Assembly (NCBI GenBank): GCA_964016885.1 | Contig: OZ024740.1 | Coordinates: forward strand, 416,702,001-416,766,000 | Source of the DNA: Eledone cirrhosa | Taxonomy: Eukaryota | Length of the DNA: 64,000 nt | Direction: 5' to 3' | Shown here: positions 11,880 through 26,000 of the stretch, one piece after another | Position numbering within the stretch: the stretch's first letter is position 1 | Layout: each line of letters opens with the position of its first letter | Program-made: the position numbers and the translations under genes | The notes under the pieces: model-generated | Told to the model about the DNA's origin: nothing | Seen by the model: only the letters and a program-made list of their open reading frames with translations | Databases searched by the model: none

Positions 11880-14800
11880 TCATGAGCCTATATTGGAGTT
11901 ATATTTACTGTAAGTCTACCTTCTCTTCTAGACAGTTGTCATGAGCCTATATTGGAGTTATATTTACTGGAAGTCTACCTTCTCTTCTAGACAGTTGTCA
12001 TGAGCCTATATTGGAGTTATATTTACTGGAAGTCTACCTTCTCTCCTAGACAGTTGTCATGAGCCTATGTTGGTGTTATATTTACTGGAAGTCTACCTTC
12101 TCTCCTAGACAGTTGTCATGAACCTATATTGGAGTTATATTTACTGGAAGTCTACCTTCTCTTCTAGACAGTTGTCATGAGCCTATATTGGAGTTATATT
12201 TACTGGAAGTCTACCTTCTCTTCTAGACAGTTGTCATGAGCCTATGTTGGGGTTATATTTACTGTAAGTCTACCTTCTCTCCTAGACAGTTGTCATGAGC
12301 CTATGTTGGGGTTATATTTACTGTAAGTCTACCTTCTCTCCTAGACAGTTGTCATGAGCCTATATTGGGGGTTATATTTACTGGAAGTCTACCTTCTCTT
12401 CTAGACAGTTGTCATGAGCCTATATTGGAGTTATATTTACTGGAAGTCTACCTTCTCTTCTAGACAGTTGTTGTGAGCCTATGTTGGTGTTATATTTACT
12501 GTAAGTCTACCTTCTCTCCTAGACAGTTGTCATGAGCCTATATTGGAGTTATATTTACTGGAAGTCTACCTTCTCTTCTAGACAGTTGTCATGAGCCTAT
12601 ATTGGAGTTATATTTACTGTAAGTCTACCTTCTCTTCTAGACAGTTGTCATGAGCCTATATTGGAGTTATATTTACTGTAAGTCTACCTTCTCTTCTAGA
12701 CAGTTGTCATGAGCCTATATTGCAATTATATTTACTGGAAGTCTACCTTCTCTCCTAGACAGTTGTCATGAGCCTATATTGGGGGTTATATTTACTGTAA
12801 GTCTACCTTCTCTTCTAGACAGTTGTCATGAGCCTATATTGGAGTCATATTTACTGTAAGTCTACCTTCTCTTCTAGACAGTTGTCATGAGCCTATATTG
12901 GAGTTATATTTACTGTACGTCTACCTTTTCTTCTAGACAGTTTTCATCAGCCTATATTGGAGTTATATTTACTGGAAGTCTACCTTCTCTTCTAGACAGT
13001 TGTCATGAGCCTATATTGGAGTTATATTTACTGTATGTCTACCTTCTCTCCTATACAGTTGTCATGACCCTATATTGGAGTTATATTTACTGGAAGTCTA
13101 CCTTCTCTCCTAGACAGTTGTCATGTGCCTATATTGGAGTTATATTTACTGTAAGGCTACCTTCTCTTCTAGACAGTTGTCATGAGCCTATATTCGAGTT
13201 ATATTTACTGGAAGTCTACCTTCTCTCCTAGACCGTTGTCATGAGCCTATATTGGGGGTTATATTTACTGTAAGTCTACCTTCTCTTCTAGACAGTTGTT
13301 GTGAGCCTATGTTGGTGTTATATTTACTGGAAGTCTACCTTCTCTTCTAGACAGTTGTCATGAGCCTATATTGGAGTTATATTTACTGGAAGTCTACCTT
13401 CTCTCCTAGACAGTTGTCATGAGCCTATATTGGAGTTATATTTACTGTAAGTCTACCTTCTCTTCTAGACAGTTGTCATGAGCCTATATTGAAGTTATAT
13501 TTACTGGAAGTCTACCTTCTCTTCTAGACAGTTGTCATGAGCCTATATTGGAGTTATATTTACTGGAAGTCTACCTTGTCTCCTAGACAGTTGTCATGAG
13601 CCTATATTGGAGTTATATTTACTGGAAGTCTACCTTCTCTTCTAGACAGTTGTCATGCGCCTATATTGGAGTTATATTTACTGTAAGTCTACCTTCTCTT
13701 CTAGACAGTTGTCATGAGCCTATATTGGAGTTATATTTACTGGAAGTCTACCTTCTCTCCTAGACAGTTGTCATGAGCCTATATTGGAGTTATATTTACT
13801 GGAAGTCTACCTTCTCTTCTAGACAGTTGTCATGAGCCCATATTGGAGTTATATTTACTGTAAGTCTACCTTCTCTTCTAGATAGTTGTCATGAGCCTAT
13901 ATTGGAGTTATATTTACTGGAGGTCTACCTTCACTCCTAGACAGTTTTCATGAGCCTATATTGGAGTTATATTTACTGTAAGTCTACCTTCTCTTCTAGA
14001 CAGTTGTCATGAGCCTATATTGGAGTTATATTTACTGGAAGTCTACCTTCTCTTCTAGACAGTTGTCATGAGCCTATATTGGAGTTATATTTACTGGAAG
14101 TCTACCTTCTCTCCTAGACAGTTGTCATGAGCCTATGTTGGTGTTATATTTACTGTAAGTCTACCTTCTCTCCTAGACAGTTGTCATGAGCCTATATTGG
14201 AGTTATATTTACTGGAAGTCTACCTTCTCTCCTAGACAGTTGTCATGAGCCTATATTGGAGTTATATTTACTGTAAGTCTACCTTCTCTTCTAGACAGTT
14301 GTCATGAGCCTATGTTGGGGTTATATTTACTGTAAGTCTACCTTCTCTCCTAGACAGTTGTCATGAGCCTATGTTGGGGTTATATTTACTGTAAGTCTAC
14401 CTTCTCTCCTAGACAGTTGTCATGAGCCTATATTGGGGGTTATATTTACTGGAAGTCTACCTTCTCTCCTAGACAGTTGTCATGAGCCTATATTGGGGGT
14501 TATATTTACTGTAAGTCTACCTTCTCTTCTAGACAGTTGTCATGAGCCTATATTGGAGTTATATTTACTGGAAGTCTACCTTCTCTTCTAGACAGTTGTT
14601 GTGAGCCTATGTTGGTGTTATATTTACTGTAAGTCTACCTTCTCTCCTAGACAGTTGTCATCAGCCTATATTGGAGTTATATTTATTGGAAGTCTACCTT
14701 CTCTTCTAGACAGTTGTCATGAGCCTATATTGGAGTTATATTTACTGTAAGTCTACCTTCTCTTCTAGACAGTTGTCATGAGCCTATATTGGAGTTATAT

Positions 14801-17800
14801 TTACTGGAAGTCTACCTTCTCTTCTAGACAGTTGTCATGAGCCTATATTGCAGTTATATTTACTGGAAGTCTACCTTCTCTCCTAGACAGTTGTCATGAG
14901 CCTATATTGGGGGTTATATTTACTGTAAGTCTACCTTCTCTTCTAGACAGTTGTCATAAGCCTATATTGGAGTCATATTTACTGTAAGTCTACCTTCTCT
15001 TCTAGACAGTTGTCATGAGCCTATATTGGAGTTATATTTAGTGTACGTCTACCTTTTCTTCTAGACAGTTTTCATGAGCCTATATTGGAGTTATATTTAC
15101 TGGAAGTCTACCTTCTCTTCTAGACAGTTGTCATGAGCCTATATTGGAGTTATATTTACTGTATGTCTACCTTCTCTCCTATACAGTTGTCATGACCCTA
15201 TATTGGAGTTATATTTACGGGAAGTCTACCTTCAATTCTAGACAGTTGTCATGAGCCTATATTGGAGTTATATTTACTGTAAGTCTACCTTCTCTTCTAG
15301 ACAGTTGTCATGAGCCTATATTGGAGTTATATTTACTGGAAGTCTACCTTCTCTTCTAGACAGTTGTCATGAGCCTATATTGGAGTTATATTTACTGGAA
15401 GTCTACCTTCTCTCCTAGACAGTTGTCATGAGCCTATGTTGGTGTTATATTTACTGGAAGTCTACCTTCTCTCCTAGACAGTTGTCATGAACCTATATTG
15501 GAGTTATATTTACTGGAAGTCTACCTTCTCTTCTAGACAGTTGTCATGAGCCTATATTGGAGTTATATTTACTGGAAGTCTACCTTCTCTTCTAGACAGT
15601 TGTCATGAGCCTATGTTGGGGTTATATTTACTGTAAGTCTACCTTCTCTCCTAGACAGTTGTCATGAGCCTATGTTGGGGTTATATTTACTGTAAGTCTA
15701 CCTTCTCTCCTAGACAGTTGTCATGAGCCTATATTGGGGGTTATATTTACTGGAAGTCTACCTTCTCTCCTAGACAGTTGTCATGAGCCTATATTGGAGT
15801 TATATTTACTGGAAGTCTACCTTCTCTTCTAGACAGTTGTTGTGAGCCTATGTTGGTGTTATATTTACTGTAAGTCTACCTTCTCTCCTAGACAGTTGTC
15901 ATGAGCCTATATTGGAGTTATATTTACTGGAAGTCTACCTTCTCTTCTAGACAGTTGTCATGAGCCTATATTGGAGTTATATTTACTGTAAGTCTACCTT
16001 CTCTTCTAGACAGTTGTCATGAGCCTATATTGGAGTTATATTTACTGTAAGTCTACCTTCTCTTCTAGACAGTTGTCATGAGCCTATATTGCAATTATAT
16101 TTACTGGAAGTCTACCTTCTCTCCTAGACAGTTGTCATGAGCCTATATTGGGGGTTATATTTACTGTAAGTCTACCTTCTCTTCTAGACAGTTGTCATGA
16201 GCCTATATTGGAGTCATATTTACTGTAAGTCTACCTTCTCTTCTAGACAGTTGTCATGAGCCTATATTGGAGTTATATTTACTGTACGTCTACCTTTTCT
16301 TCTAGACAGTTTTCATCAGCCTATATTGGAGTTATATTTACTGGAAGTCTACCTTCTCTTCTAGACAGTTGTCATGAGCCTATATTGGAGTTATATTTAC
16401 TGTATGTCTACCTTCTCTCCTATACAGTTGTCATGACCCTATATTGGAGTTATATTTACTGGAAGTCTACCTTCTCTCCTAGACAGTTGTCATGTGCCTA
16501 TATTGGAGTAATATTTACTGTAAGGCTACCTTCTCTTCTAGACAGTTGTCATGAGCCTATATTCGAGTTATATTTACTGGAAGTCTACCTTCTCTCCTAG
16601 ACCGTTGTCATGAGCCTATATTGGGGGTTATATTTACTGTAAGTCTACCTTCTCTTCTAGACAGTTGTTGTGAGCCTATGTTGGTGTTATATTTACTGGA
16701 AGTCTACCTTCTCTTCTAGACAGTTGTCATGAGCCTATATTGGAGTTATATTTACTGGAAGTCTACCTTCTCTCCTAGACAGTTGTCATGAGCCTATATT
16801 GGAGTTACATTTACTGTAAGTCTACCTTCTCTTCTAGACAGTTGTCATGAGCCTATATTGAAGTTATATTTACTGGAAGTCTACCTTCTCTTCTAGACAG
16901 TTGTCATGAGCCTATATTGGAGTTATATTTACTGGAAGTCTACCTTCTCTCCTAGACAGTTGTCATGAGCCTATATTGGAGTTATATTTACTGGAAGTCT
17001 ACCTTCTCTTCTAGACAGTTGTCATGCGCCTATATTGGAGTTATATTTACTGTAAGTCTACCTTCTCTTCTAGACAGTTGTCATGAGCCTATATTGGAGT
17101 TATATTTACTGGAAGTCTACCTTCTCTCCTAGACAGTTGTCATGAGCCTATATTGGAGTTATATTTACTGGAAGTCTACCTTCTCTTCTAGACAGTTGTC
17201 ATGAGCCTATATTGGAGTTATATTTACTGTAAGTCTACCTTCTCTTCTAGACAGTTGTCATGAGCCTATATTGGAGTTATATTTACTGTAAGTCTACCTT
17301 CTCTTCTAGACAGTTGTCATGAGCCTATATTGCAATTATATTTACTGGAAGTCTACCTTCTCTCCTAGACAGTTGTCATGAGCCTATATTGGGGGTTATA
17401 TTTACTGTAAGTCTACCTTCTCTTCTAGACAGTTGTCATGAGCCTATATTGGAGTCATATTTACTGTAAGTCTACCTTCTCTTCTAGACAGTTGTCATGA
17501 GCCTATATTGGAGTTATATTTACTGTACGTCTACCTTTTCTTCTAGACAGTTTTCATCAGCCTATATTGGAGTTATATTTACTGGAAGTCTACCTTCTCT
17601 TCTAGACAGTTGTCATGAGCCTATATTGGAGTTATATTTACTGTATGTCTACCTTCTCTCCTATACAGTTGTCATGACCCTATATTGGAGTTATATTTAC
17701 TGGAAGTCTACCTTCTCTCCTAGACAGTTGTCATGTGCCTATATTGGAGTAATATTTACTGTAAGGCTACCTTCTCTTCTAGACAGTTGTCATGAGCCTA

Positions 17801-20800
17801 TATTCGAGTTATATTTACTGGAAGTCTACCTTCTCTCCTAGACCGTTGTCATGAGCCTATATTGGGGGTTATATTTACTGTAAGTCTACCTTCTCTTCTA
17901 GACAGTTGTTGTGAGCCTATGTTGGTGTTATATTTACTGGAAGTCTACCTTCTCTTCTAGACAGTTGTCATGAGCCTATATTGGATTTATATTTACTGGA
18001 AGTCTACCTTCTCTCCTAGACAGTTGTCATGAGCCTATATTGGAGTTATATTTACTGTAAGTCTACCTTCTCTTCTAGACAGTTGTCATGAGCCTATATT
18101 GAAGTTATATTTACTGGAAGTCTACCTTCTCTTCTAGACAGTTGTCATGAGCCTATATTGGAGTTATATTTACTGGAAGTCTACCTTGTCTCCTAGACAG
18201 TTGTCATGAGCCTATATTGGAGTTATATTTACTGGAAGTCTACCTTCTCTTCTAGACAGTTGTCATGAGCCTATATTGGAGTTATATTTACTGGAAGTCT
18301 ACCTTCTCTCCTAGACAGTTGTCATGAGCCTATATTGGAGTTATATTTACTGGAAGTCTACCTTCTCTTCTAGACAGTTGTCATGAGCCCATATTGGAGT
18401 TATATTTACTGTAAGTCTACCTTCTCTTCTAGATAGTTGTCATGATCCTATATTGGAGTTATATTTACTGGAAGTCTACCTTCACTCCTAGACAGTTTTC
18501 ATGAGCCTATATTGGAGTTATATTTACTGTAAGTCTACCTTCTCTTCTAGACAGTTGTCATGAGCCTATATTGGAGTTATATTTACTGGAAGTCTACCTT
18601 CTCTTCTAGACAGTTGTCATGAGCCTATATTGGAGTTATATTTACTGGAAGTCTACCTTCTCTCCTAGACAGTTGTCATGAGCCTATGTTGGTGTTATAT
18701 TTACTGGAAGTCTACCTTCTCTCCTAGACAGTTGTCATGAGCCTATATTGGAGTTATATTTACTGGAAGTCTACCTTCTCTCCTAGACAGTTGTCATGAG
18801 CCTATATTGGAGTTATATTTACTGTAAGTCTACCTTCTCTTCTAGACAGTTGTCATGAGCCTATGTTGGGGTTATATTTACTGTAAGTCTACCTTCTCTC
18901 CTAGACAGTTGTCATGAGCCTATGTTGGGGTTATATTTACTGTAAGTCTACCTTCTCTCCTAGACAGTTGTCATGAGCCTATATTGGGGGTTATATTTAC
19001 TGGAAGTCTACCTTCTCTCCTAGACAGTTGTCATGAGCCTATATTGGGGGTTATATTTACTGTAAGTCTACCTTCTCTTCTAGACAGTTGTCATGAGCCT
19101 ATATTGGAGTTATATTTACTGGAAGTCTACCTTCTCTTCTAGACAGTTGTTGTGAGCCTATGTTGGTGTTATATTTACTGTAAGTCTACCTTCTCTCCTA
19201 GACAGTTGTCATCAGCCTATATTGGAGTTATATTTATTGGAAGTCTACCTTCTCTTCTAGACAGTTGTCATGAGCCTATATTGGAGTTATATTTACTGTA
19301 AGTCTACCTTCTCTTCTAGACAGTTGTCATGAGCCTATATTGGAGTTATATTTACTGGAAGTCTACCTTCTCTTCTAGACAGTTGTCATGAGCCTATATT
19401 GCAGTTATATTTACTGGAAGTCTACCTTCTCTCCTAGACAGTTGTCATGAGCCTATATTGGGGGTTATATTTACTGTAAGTCTACCTTCTCTTCTAGACA
19501 GTTGTCATAAGCCTATATTGGAGTCATATTTACTGTAAGTCTACCTTCTCTTCTAGACAGTTGTCATGAGCCTATATTGGAGTTATATTTAGTGTACGTC
19601 TACCTTTTCTTCTAGACAGTTTTCATGAGCCTATATTGGAGTTATATTTACTGGAAGTCTACCTTCTCTTCTAGACAGTTGTCATGAGCCTATATTGGAG
19701 TTATATTTACTGTATGTCTACCTTCTCTCCTATACAGTTGTCATGACCCTATATTGGAGTTATATTTACGGGAAGTCTACCTTCAATTCTAGACAGTTGT
19801 CATGAGCCTATATTGGAGTTATATTTACTGTAAGTCTACCTTCTCTTCTAGACAGTTGTCATGAGCCTATATTGGAGTTATATTTACTGGAAGTCTACCT
19901 TCTCTTCTAGACAGTTGTCATGAGCCTATATTGGAGTTATATTTACTGGAAGTCTACCTTCTCTCCTAGACAGTTGTCATGAGCCTATGTTGGTGTTATA
20001 TTTACTGGAAGTCTACCTTCTCTCCTAGACAGTTGTCATGAACCTATATTGGAGTTATATTTACTGGAAGTCTACCTTCTCTTCTAGACAGTTGTCATGA
20101 GCCTATATTGGAGTTATATTTACTGGAAGTCTACCTTCTCTTCTAGACAGTTGTCATGAGCCTATGTTGGGGTTATATTTACTGTAAGTCTACCTTCTCT
20201 CCTAGACAGTTGTCATGAGCCTATGTTGGGGTTATATTTACTGTAAGTCTACCTTCTCTCCTAGACAGTTGTCATGAGCCTATATTGGGGGTTATATTTA
20301 CTGGAAGTCTACCTTCTCTCCTAGACAGTTGTCATGAGCCTATATTGGAGTTATATTTACTGGAAGTCTACCTTCTCTTCTAGACAGTTGTTGTGAGCCT
20401 ATGTTGGTGTTATATTTACTGTAAGTCTACCTTCTCTCCTAGACAGTTGTCATGAGCCTATATTGGAGTTATATTTACTGGAAGTCTACCTTCTCTTCTA
20501 GACAGTTGTCATGAGCCTATATTGGAGTTATATTTACTGTAAGTCTACCTTCTCTTCTAGACAGTTGTCATGAGCCTATATTGGAGTTATATTTACTGTA
20601 AGTCTACCTTCTCTTCTAGACAGTTGTCATGAGCCTATATTGCAATTATATTTACTGGAAGTCTACCTTCTCTCCTATACAGTTGTCATGAGCCTATATT
20701 GGGGGTTATATTTACTGTAAGTCTACCTTCTCTTCTAGACAGTTGTCATGAGCCTATATTGGAGTCATATTTACTGTAAGTCTACCTTCTCTTCTAGACA

Positions 20801-23040
20801 GTTGTCATGAGCCTATATTGGAGTTATATTTACTGGAAGTCTACCTTCTCTCCTAGACCGTTGTCATGAGCCTATATTGGGGGTTATATTTACTGTAAGT
20901 CTACCTTCTCTTCTAGACAGTTGTTGTGAGCCTATGTTGGTGTTATATTTACTGGAAGTCTACCTTCTCTTCTAGACAGTTGTCATGAGCCTATATTGGG
21001 GTTATATTTACTGGAAGTCTACCTTCTCTCCTAGACAGTTGTCATGAGCCTATATTGGAGTTATATTTACTGTAAGTCTACCTTCTCTTCTAGACAGTTG
21101 TCATGAGCCTATATTGAAGTTATATTTACTGGAAGTCTACCTTCTCTTCTAGACAGTTGTCATGAGCCTATATTGGAGTTATATTTACTGGAAGTCTACC
21201 TTGTCTCCTAGACAGTTGTCATGAGCCTATATTGGAGTTATATTTACTGGAAGTCTACCTTCTCTTCTAGACAGTTGTCATGCGCCTATATTGGAGTTAT
21301 ATTTACTGTAAGTCTACCTTCTCTTCTAGACAGTTGTCATGAGCCTATATTGGAGTTATATTTACTGGAAGTCTACCTTCTCTCCTAGACAGTTGTCATG
21401 AGCCTATATTGGAGTTATATTTACTGGAAGTCTACCTTCTCTTCTAGACAGTTGTCATGAGCCCATATTGGAGTTATATTTACTGTAAGTCTACCTTCTC
21501 TTCTAGATAGTTGTCATGAGCCTATATTGGAGTTATATTTACTGGAAGTCTACCTTCACTCCTAGACAGTTTTCATGAGCCTATATTGGAGTTATATTTA
21601 CTGTAAGTCTACCTTCTCTTCTAGACAGTTGTCATGAGCCTATATTGGAGTTATATTTACTGGAAGTCTACCTTCTCTTCTAGACAGTTGTCATGAGCCT
21701 ATATTGGAGTTATATTTACTGGAAGTCTACCTTCTCTCCTAGACAGTTGTCATGAGCCTATGTTGGTGTTATATTTACTGGAAGTCTACCTTCTCTCCTA
21801 GACAGTTGTCATGAGCCTATATTGGAGTTATATTTACTGGAAGTCTACCTTCTCTCCTAGACAGTTGTCATGAGCCTATATTGGAGTTATATTTACTGTA
21901 AGTCTACCTTCTCTTCTAGACAGTTGTCATGAGCCTATGTTGGGGTTATATTTACTGTAAGTCTACCTTCTCTCCTAGACAGTTGTCATGAGCCTATGTT
22001 GGGGTTATATTTACTGTAAGTCTACCTTCTCTCCTAGACAGTTGTCATGAGCCTATATTGGGGGTTATATTTACTGGAAGTCTACCTTCTCTCCTAGACA
22101 GTTGTCATGAGCCTATATTGGGGGTTATATTTACTGTAAGTCTACCTTCTCTTCTAGACAGTTGTCATGAGCCTATATTGGAGTTATATTTACTGGAAGT
22201 CTACCTTCTCTTCTAGACAGTTGTTGTGAGCCTATGTTGGTGTTATATTTACTGTAAGTCTACCTTCTCTCCTAGACAGTTGTCATCAGCCTATATTGGA
22301 GTTATATTTATTGGAAGTCTACCTTCTCTTCTAGACAGTTGTCATGAGCCTATATTGGAGTTATATTTACTGTAAGTCTACCTTCTCTTCTAGACAGTTG
22401 TCATGAGCCTATATTGGAGTTATATTTACTGGAAGTCTACCTTCTCTTCTAGACAGTTGTCATGAGCCTATATTGCAGTTATATTTACTGGAAGTCTACC
22501 TTCTCTCCTAGACAGTTGTCATGAGCCTATATTGGGGGTTATATTTACTGTAAGTCTACCTTCTCTTCTAGACAGTTGTCATAAGCCTATATTGGAGTCA
22601 TATTTACTGTAAGTCTACCTTCTCTTCTAGACAGTTGTCATGAGCCTATATTGGAGTTATATTTAGTGTACGTCTACCTTTTCTTCTAGACAGTTTTCAT
22701 GAGCCTATATTGGAGTTATATTTACTGGAAGTCTACCTTCTCTTCTAGACAGTTGTCATGAGCCTATATTGGAGTTATATTTACTGTATGTCTACCTTCT
22801 CTCCTATACAGTTGTCATGACCCTATATTGGAGTTATATTTACGGGAAGTCTACCTTCAATTCTAGACAGTTGTCATGAGCCTGTATTGGAGTTATATTT
22901 ACTGTAAGTCTACCTTCTCTTCTAGACAGTTGTCATGAGCCTATATTGGAGTTATATTTACTGGAAGTCTACCTTCTCTTCTAGACAGTTGTCATGAGCC
23001 TATATTGGAGTTATATTTACTGGAAGTCTACCTTCTCTCC
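11880..23040. repeat. Cluster of nested block duplications (offsets 3369, 1241, 4610/4551, 3074 bp)
   Basis: Identical 114-aa ORFs start at 12887, 16256 and 17497. The atgaacc variant lies at about 12122, 15491 and 20042. The ttagtgtacg variant lies at about 15041, 19592 and 22666. ctaccttgtc lies at 13571 and 18181, with a third copy at about 21196. Confidence 0.85.
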
Positions 23041-26000
23041 TAGACAGTTGTCATGAGCCTATATTGGAGTTATATTTACTGGAAGTCTACCTTCTCTTCT
23101 AGACAGTTGTCATGCGCCTATATTGGAGTTATATTTACTGTAAGTCTACCTTCTCTTCTAGACAGTTGTCATGAGCCTATATTGGAGTTATATTTACTGG
23201 AAGTCTACCTTCTCTTCTAGACAGTTGTCATGAGCCCATATTGGAGTTATATTTACTGTAAGTCTACCTTCTCTTCTAGACAGTTGTCATGAGCCTATAT
23301 TGGAGTTATATTTACTGTAAGTCTACCTTCTCTTCTAGACAGTTGTCATGAGCCTATATTGTAGTTATATTTACTGGAAGTCTACCTTCTCTTCTAGACA
23401 GTTGTCATTAGCCTATATTCGAGTTATATTTACTGGAAGTCTACCTTCTCTCCTAGACAGTTGTCATGAGCCTATGTTGGTGTTATATTTACTGGAAGTC
23501 TACCTTCTCTCCTAGACAGTTGTCATGAGCCTATATTGGAGTTATATTTACTAGAAGTCTACCTTCTCTTCTAGACAGTTGTCATCAGCCTATATTGGAG
23601 TTATATTCATGGAAGTCTACCGTCTCTCCTAGACAGTTGTCATGAGCCTATGTTGGTGTTATATTTACTGGAAGTCTACCTTCTCTACTAGACAGTTGTC
23701 ATGAGCCTATATTGGAGTTATACTTACTGTAAGTCTACCTTCTCTTCTAGACAGTTGTCATGAGCCTATATTGGAGTCATATTTACTGGAAGTCTACCTT
23801 CTCTCCTAGACAGTTGTCATTAGCCTATATTGGAGTTATATTTACTGTAAGTCTACCTTCTTTTCTAGACAGTTGTCATGAGCCTATATTGGAGTTATGT
23901 TTACTGGAAGTCTACCTTCTCTTCTAGACAGTTGTCATGAGCCTATATTGGAGTTATATTTACTGTAAGTCTACCTTCTCTCCTATACAGTTCTCATGAG
24001 CCTATATTGGAGTTATATTTACTGGAAGTCTACCTTCTCTTCTAGACAGTTGTCATGAGCCTATATTGGAGTTATATTTACTGGAAGTCTACCTTCTCTC
24101 CTAGACAGTTGTCATGAGCCTATATTGGAGTTATATTTACTGTAAGTCTACCTTCTCTTCTAGACAGTTGTCATGAGCCTATATTGGAGTTATATTTACT
24201 GTAAGTCTACCTTCTCTTCTAGACAGTTGTCATGAGCCTATATTGGAGTTATATTTACTGTAAGTCTACCTTCTCTCCTAGACAGTTGTCATGAGCCTAT
24301 ATTGGAGTTATATTTACTGTAAGTCTACCTTCTCTTCTAGACAGTTGTCATGAGCCTATATTGGAGTTATATTTACTGGAAGTCTACCTTCTCTTCTAGA
24401 CAGTTGTCATGAGCCTATATTGGAGTTATATTTACTGGAAGTCTACCTTCTCTCCTAGACAGTTGTCATGAGCCTATGTTGGTGTTATATTTACTGGAAG
24501 TCTACCTTCTCTCCTAGACAGTTGTCATGAGCCTATATTGGAGTTATATTTACTGGAAGTCTACCTTCTCTTCTAGACAGTTGTCATGAGCCTATATTGG
24601 AGTTATATTTACTGGAAGTCTACCTTCTCTTCTAGACAGTTGTCATGAGCCTATGTTGGGGTTATATTTACTGTAAGTCTACCTTCTCTCCTAGACAGTT
24701 GTCATGAGCCTATATTGGAGTTATATTTACTGTAAGTCTACCTTCTCTTCTAGACAGTTGTCATGAGCCTATGTTGGGGTTATATTTACTGTAAGTCTAC
24801 CTTCTCTCCTAGACAGTTGTCATGAGCCTATGTTGGGGTTATATTTACTGTAAGTCTACCTTCTCTCCTAGACAGTTGTCATGAGCCTATATTGGGGGTT
24901 ATATTTACTGGAAGTCTACCTTCTCTCCTAGACAGTTGTCATGAGCCTATATTGGGGGTTATATTTACTGTAAGTCTACCTTCTCTTCTAGACAGTTGTC
25001 ATGAGCCTATATTGGAGTTATATTTACTGGAAGTCTACCTTCTCTTCTAGACAGTTGTTGTGAGCCTATGTTGGTGTTATATTTACTGTAAGTCTACCTT
25101 CTCTCCTAGACAGTTGTCATGAGCCTATATTGGAGTTATATTTACTGGAAGTCTACCTTCTCTCCTAGACAGTTGTCATGAGCCTATATTGGAGTTATAT
25201 TTACTGTAAGTCTACCTTCTCTTCTAGACAGTTGTCATGAGCCTATATTGGAGTTATATTTACTGGAAGTCTACCTTCTCTTCTAGACAGTTGTCTTGAG
25301 CCTATATTGGGGGTTATATTTACTGTAAGTCTACCTTCTCTTCTAGACAGTTGTCATGAGCCTATATTGGAGTCATATTTACTGTAAGTCTACCTTCTCT
25401 TCTAGACAGTTGTCATGAGCCTATATTGGAGTTATATTTACTGTACGTCTACCTTTTCTTCTAGACAGTTTTCATGAGCCTATATTGGAGTTATATTTAC
25501 TGGAAGTCTACCTTCTCTCCTATACAGTTGTCATGACCCTATATTGGAGTTATATTTACTGGAAGTCTACCTTCAATTCTAGACAGTTGTCATGAGCCTA
25601 TATTGGAGTTATATTTACTGTAAGTCTACCTTCTCTTCTAGACAGTTGTCATGAGCCTATATTGGAGTTATATTTACTGGAAGTCTACCTTCTCTTCTAG
25701 ACAGTTGTCATGAGCCTATATTGGAGTTATATTTACTGGAAGTCTACCTTCTCTCCTAGACAGTTGTCATGAGCCTATATTGGAGTTATATTTACTGGAA
25801 GTCTACCTTCTCTTCTAGACAGTTGTCATGCGCCTATATTGGAGTTATATTTACTGTAAGTCTACCTCCTCTTCTAGACAGTTGTCATGAGCCTATATTG
25901 GAGTTATATTTACTGGAAGTCTACCTTCTCTCCTAGACAGTTGTCATGAGCCTATATTGGAGTTATATTTACTGGAAGTCTACCTTCTCTTCTAGACAGT

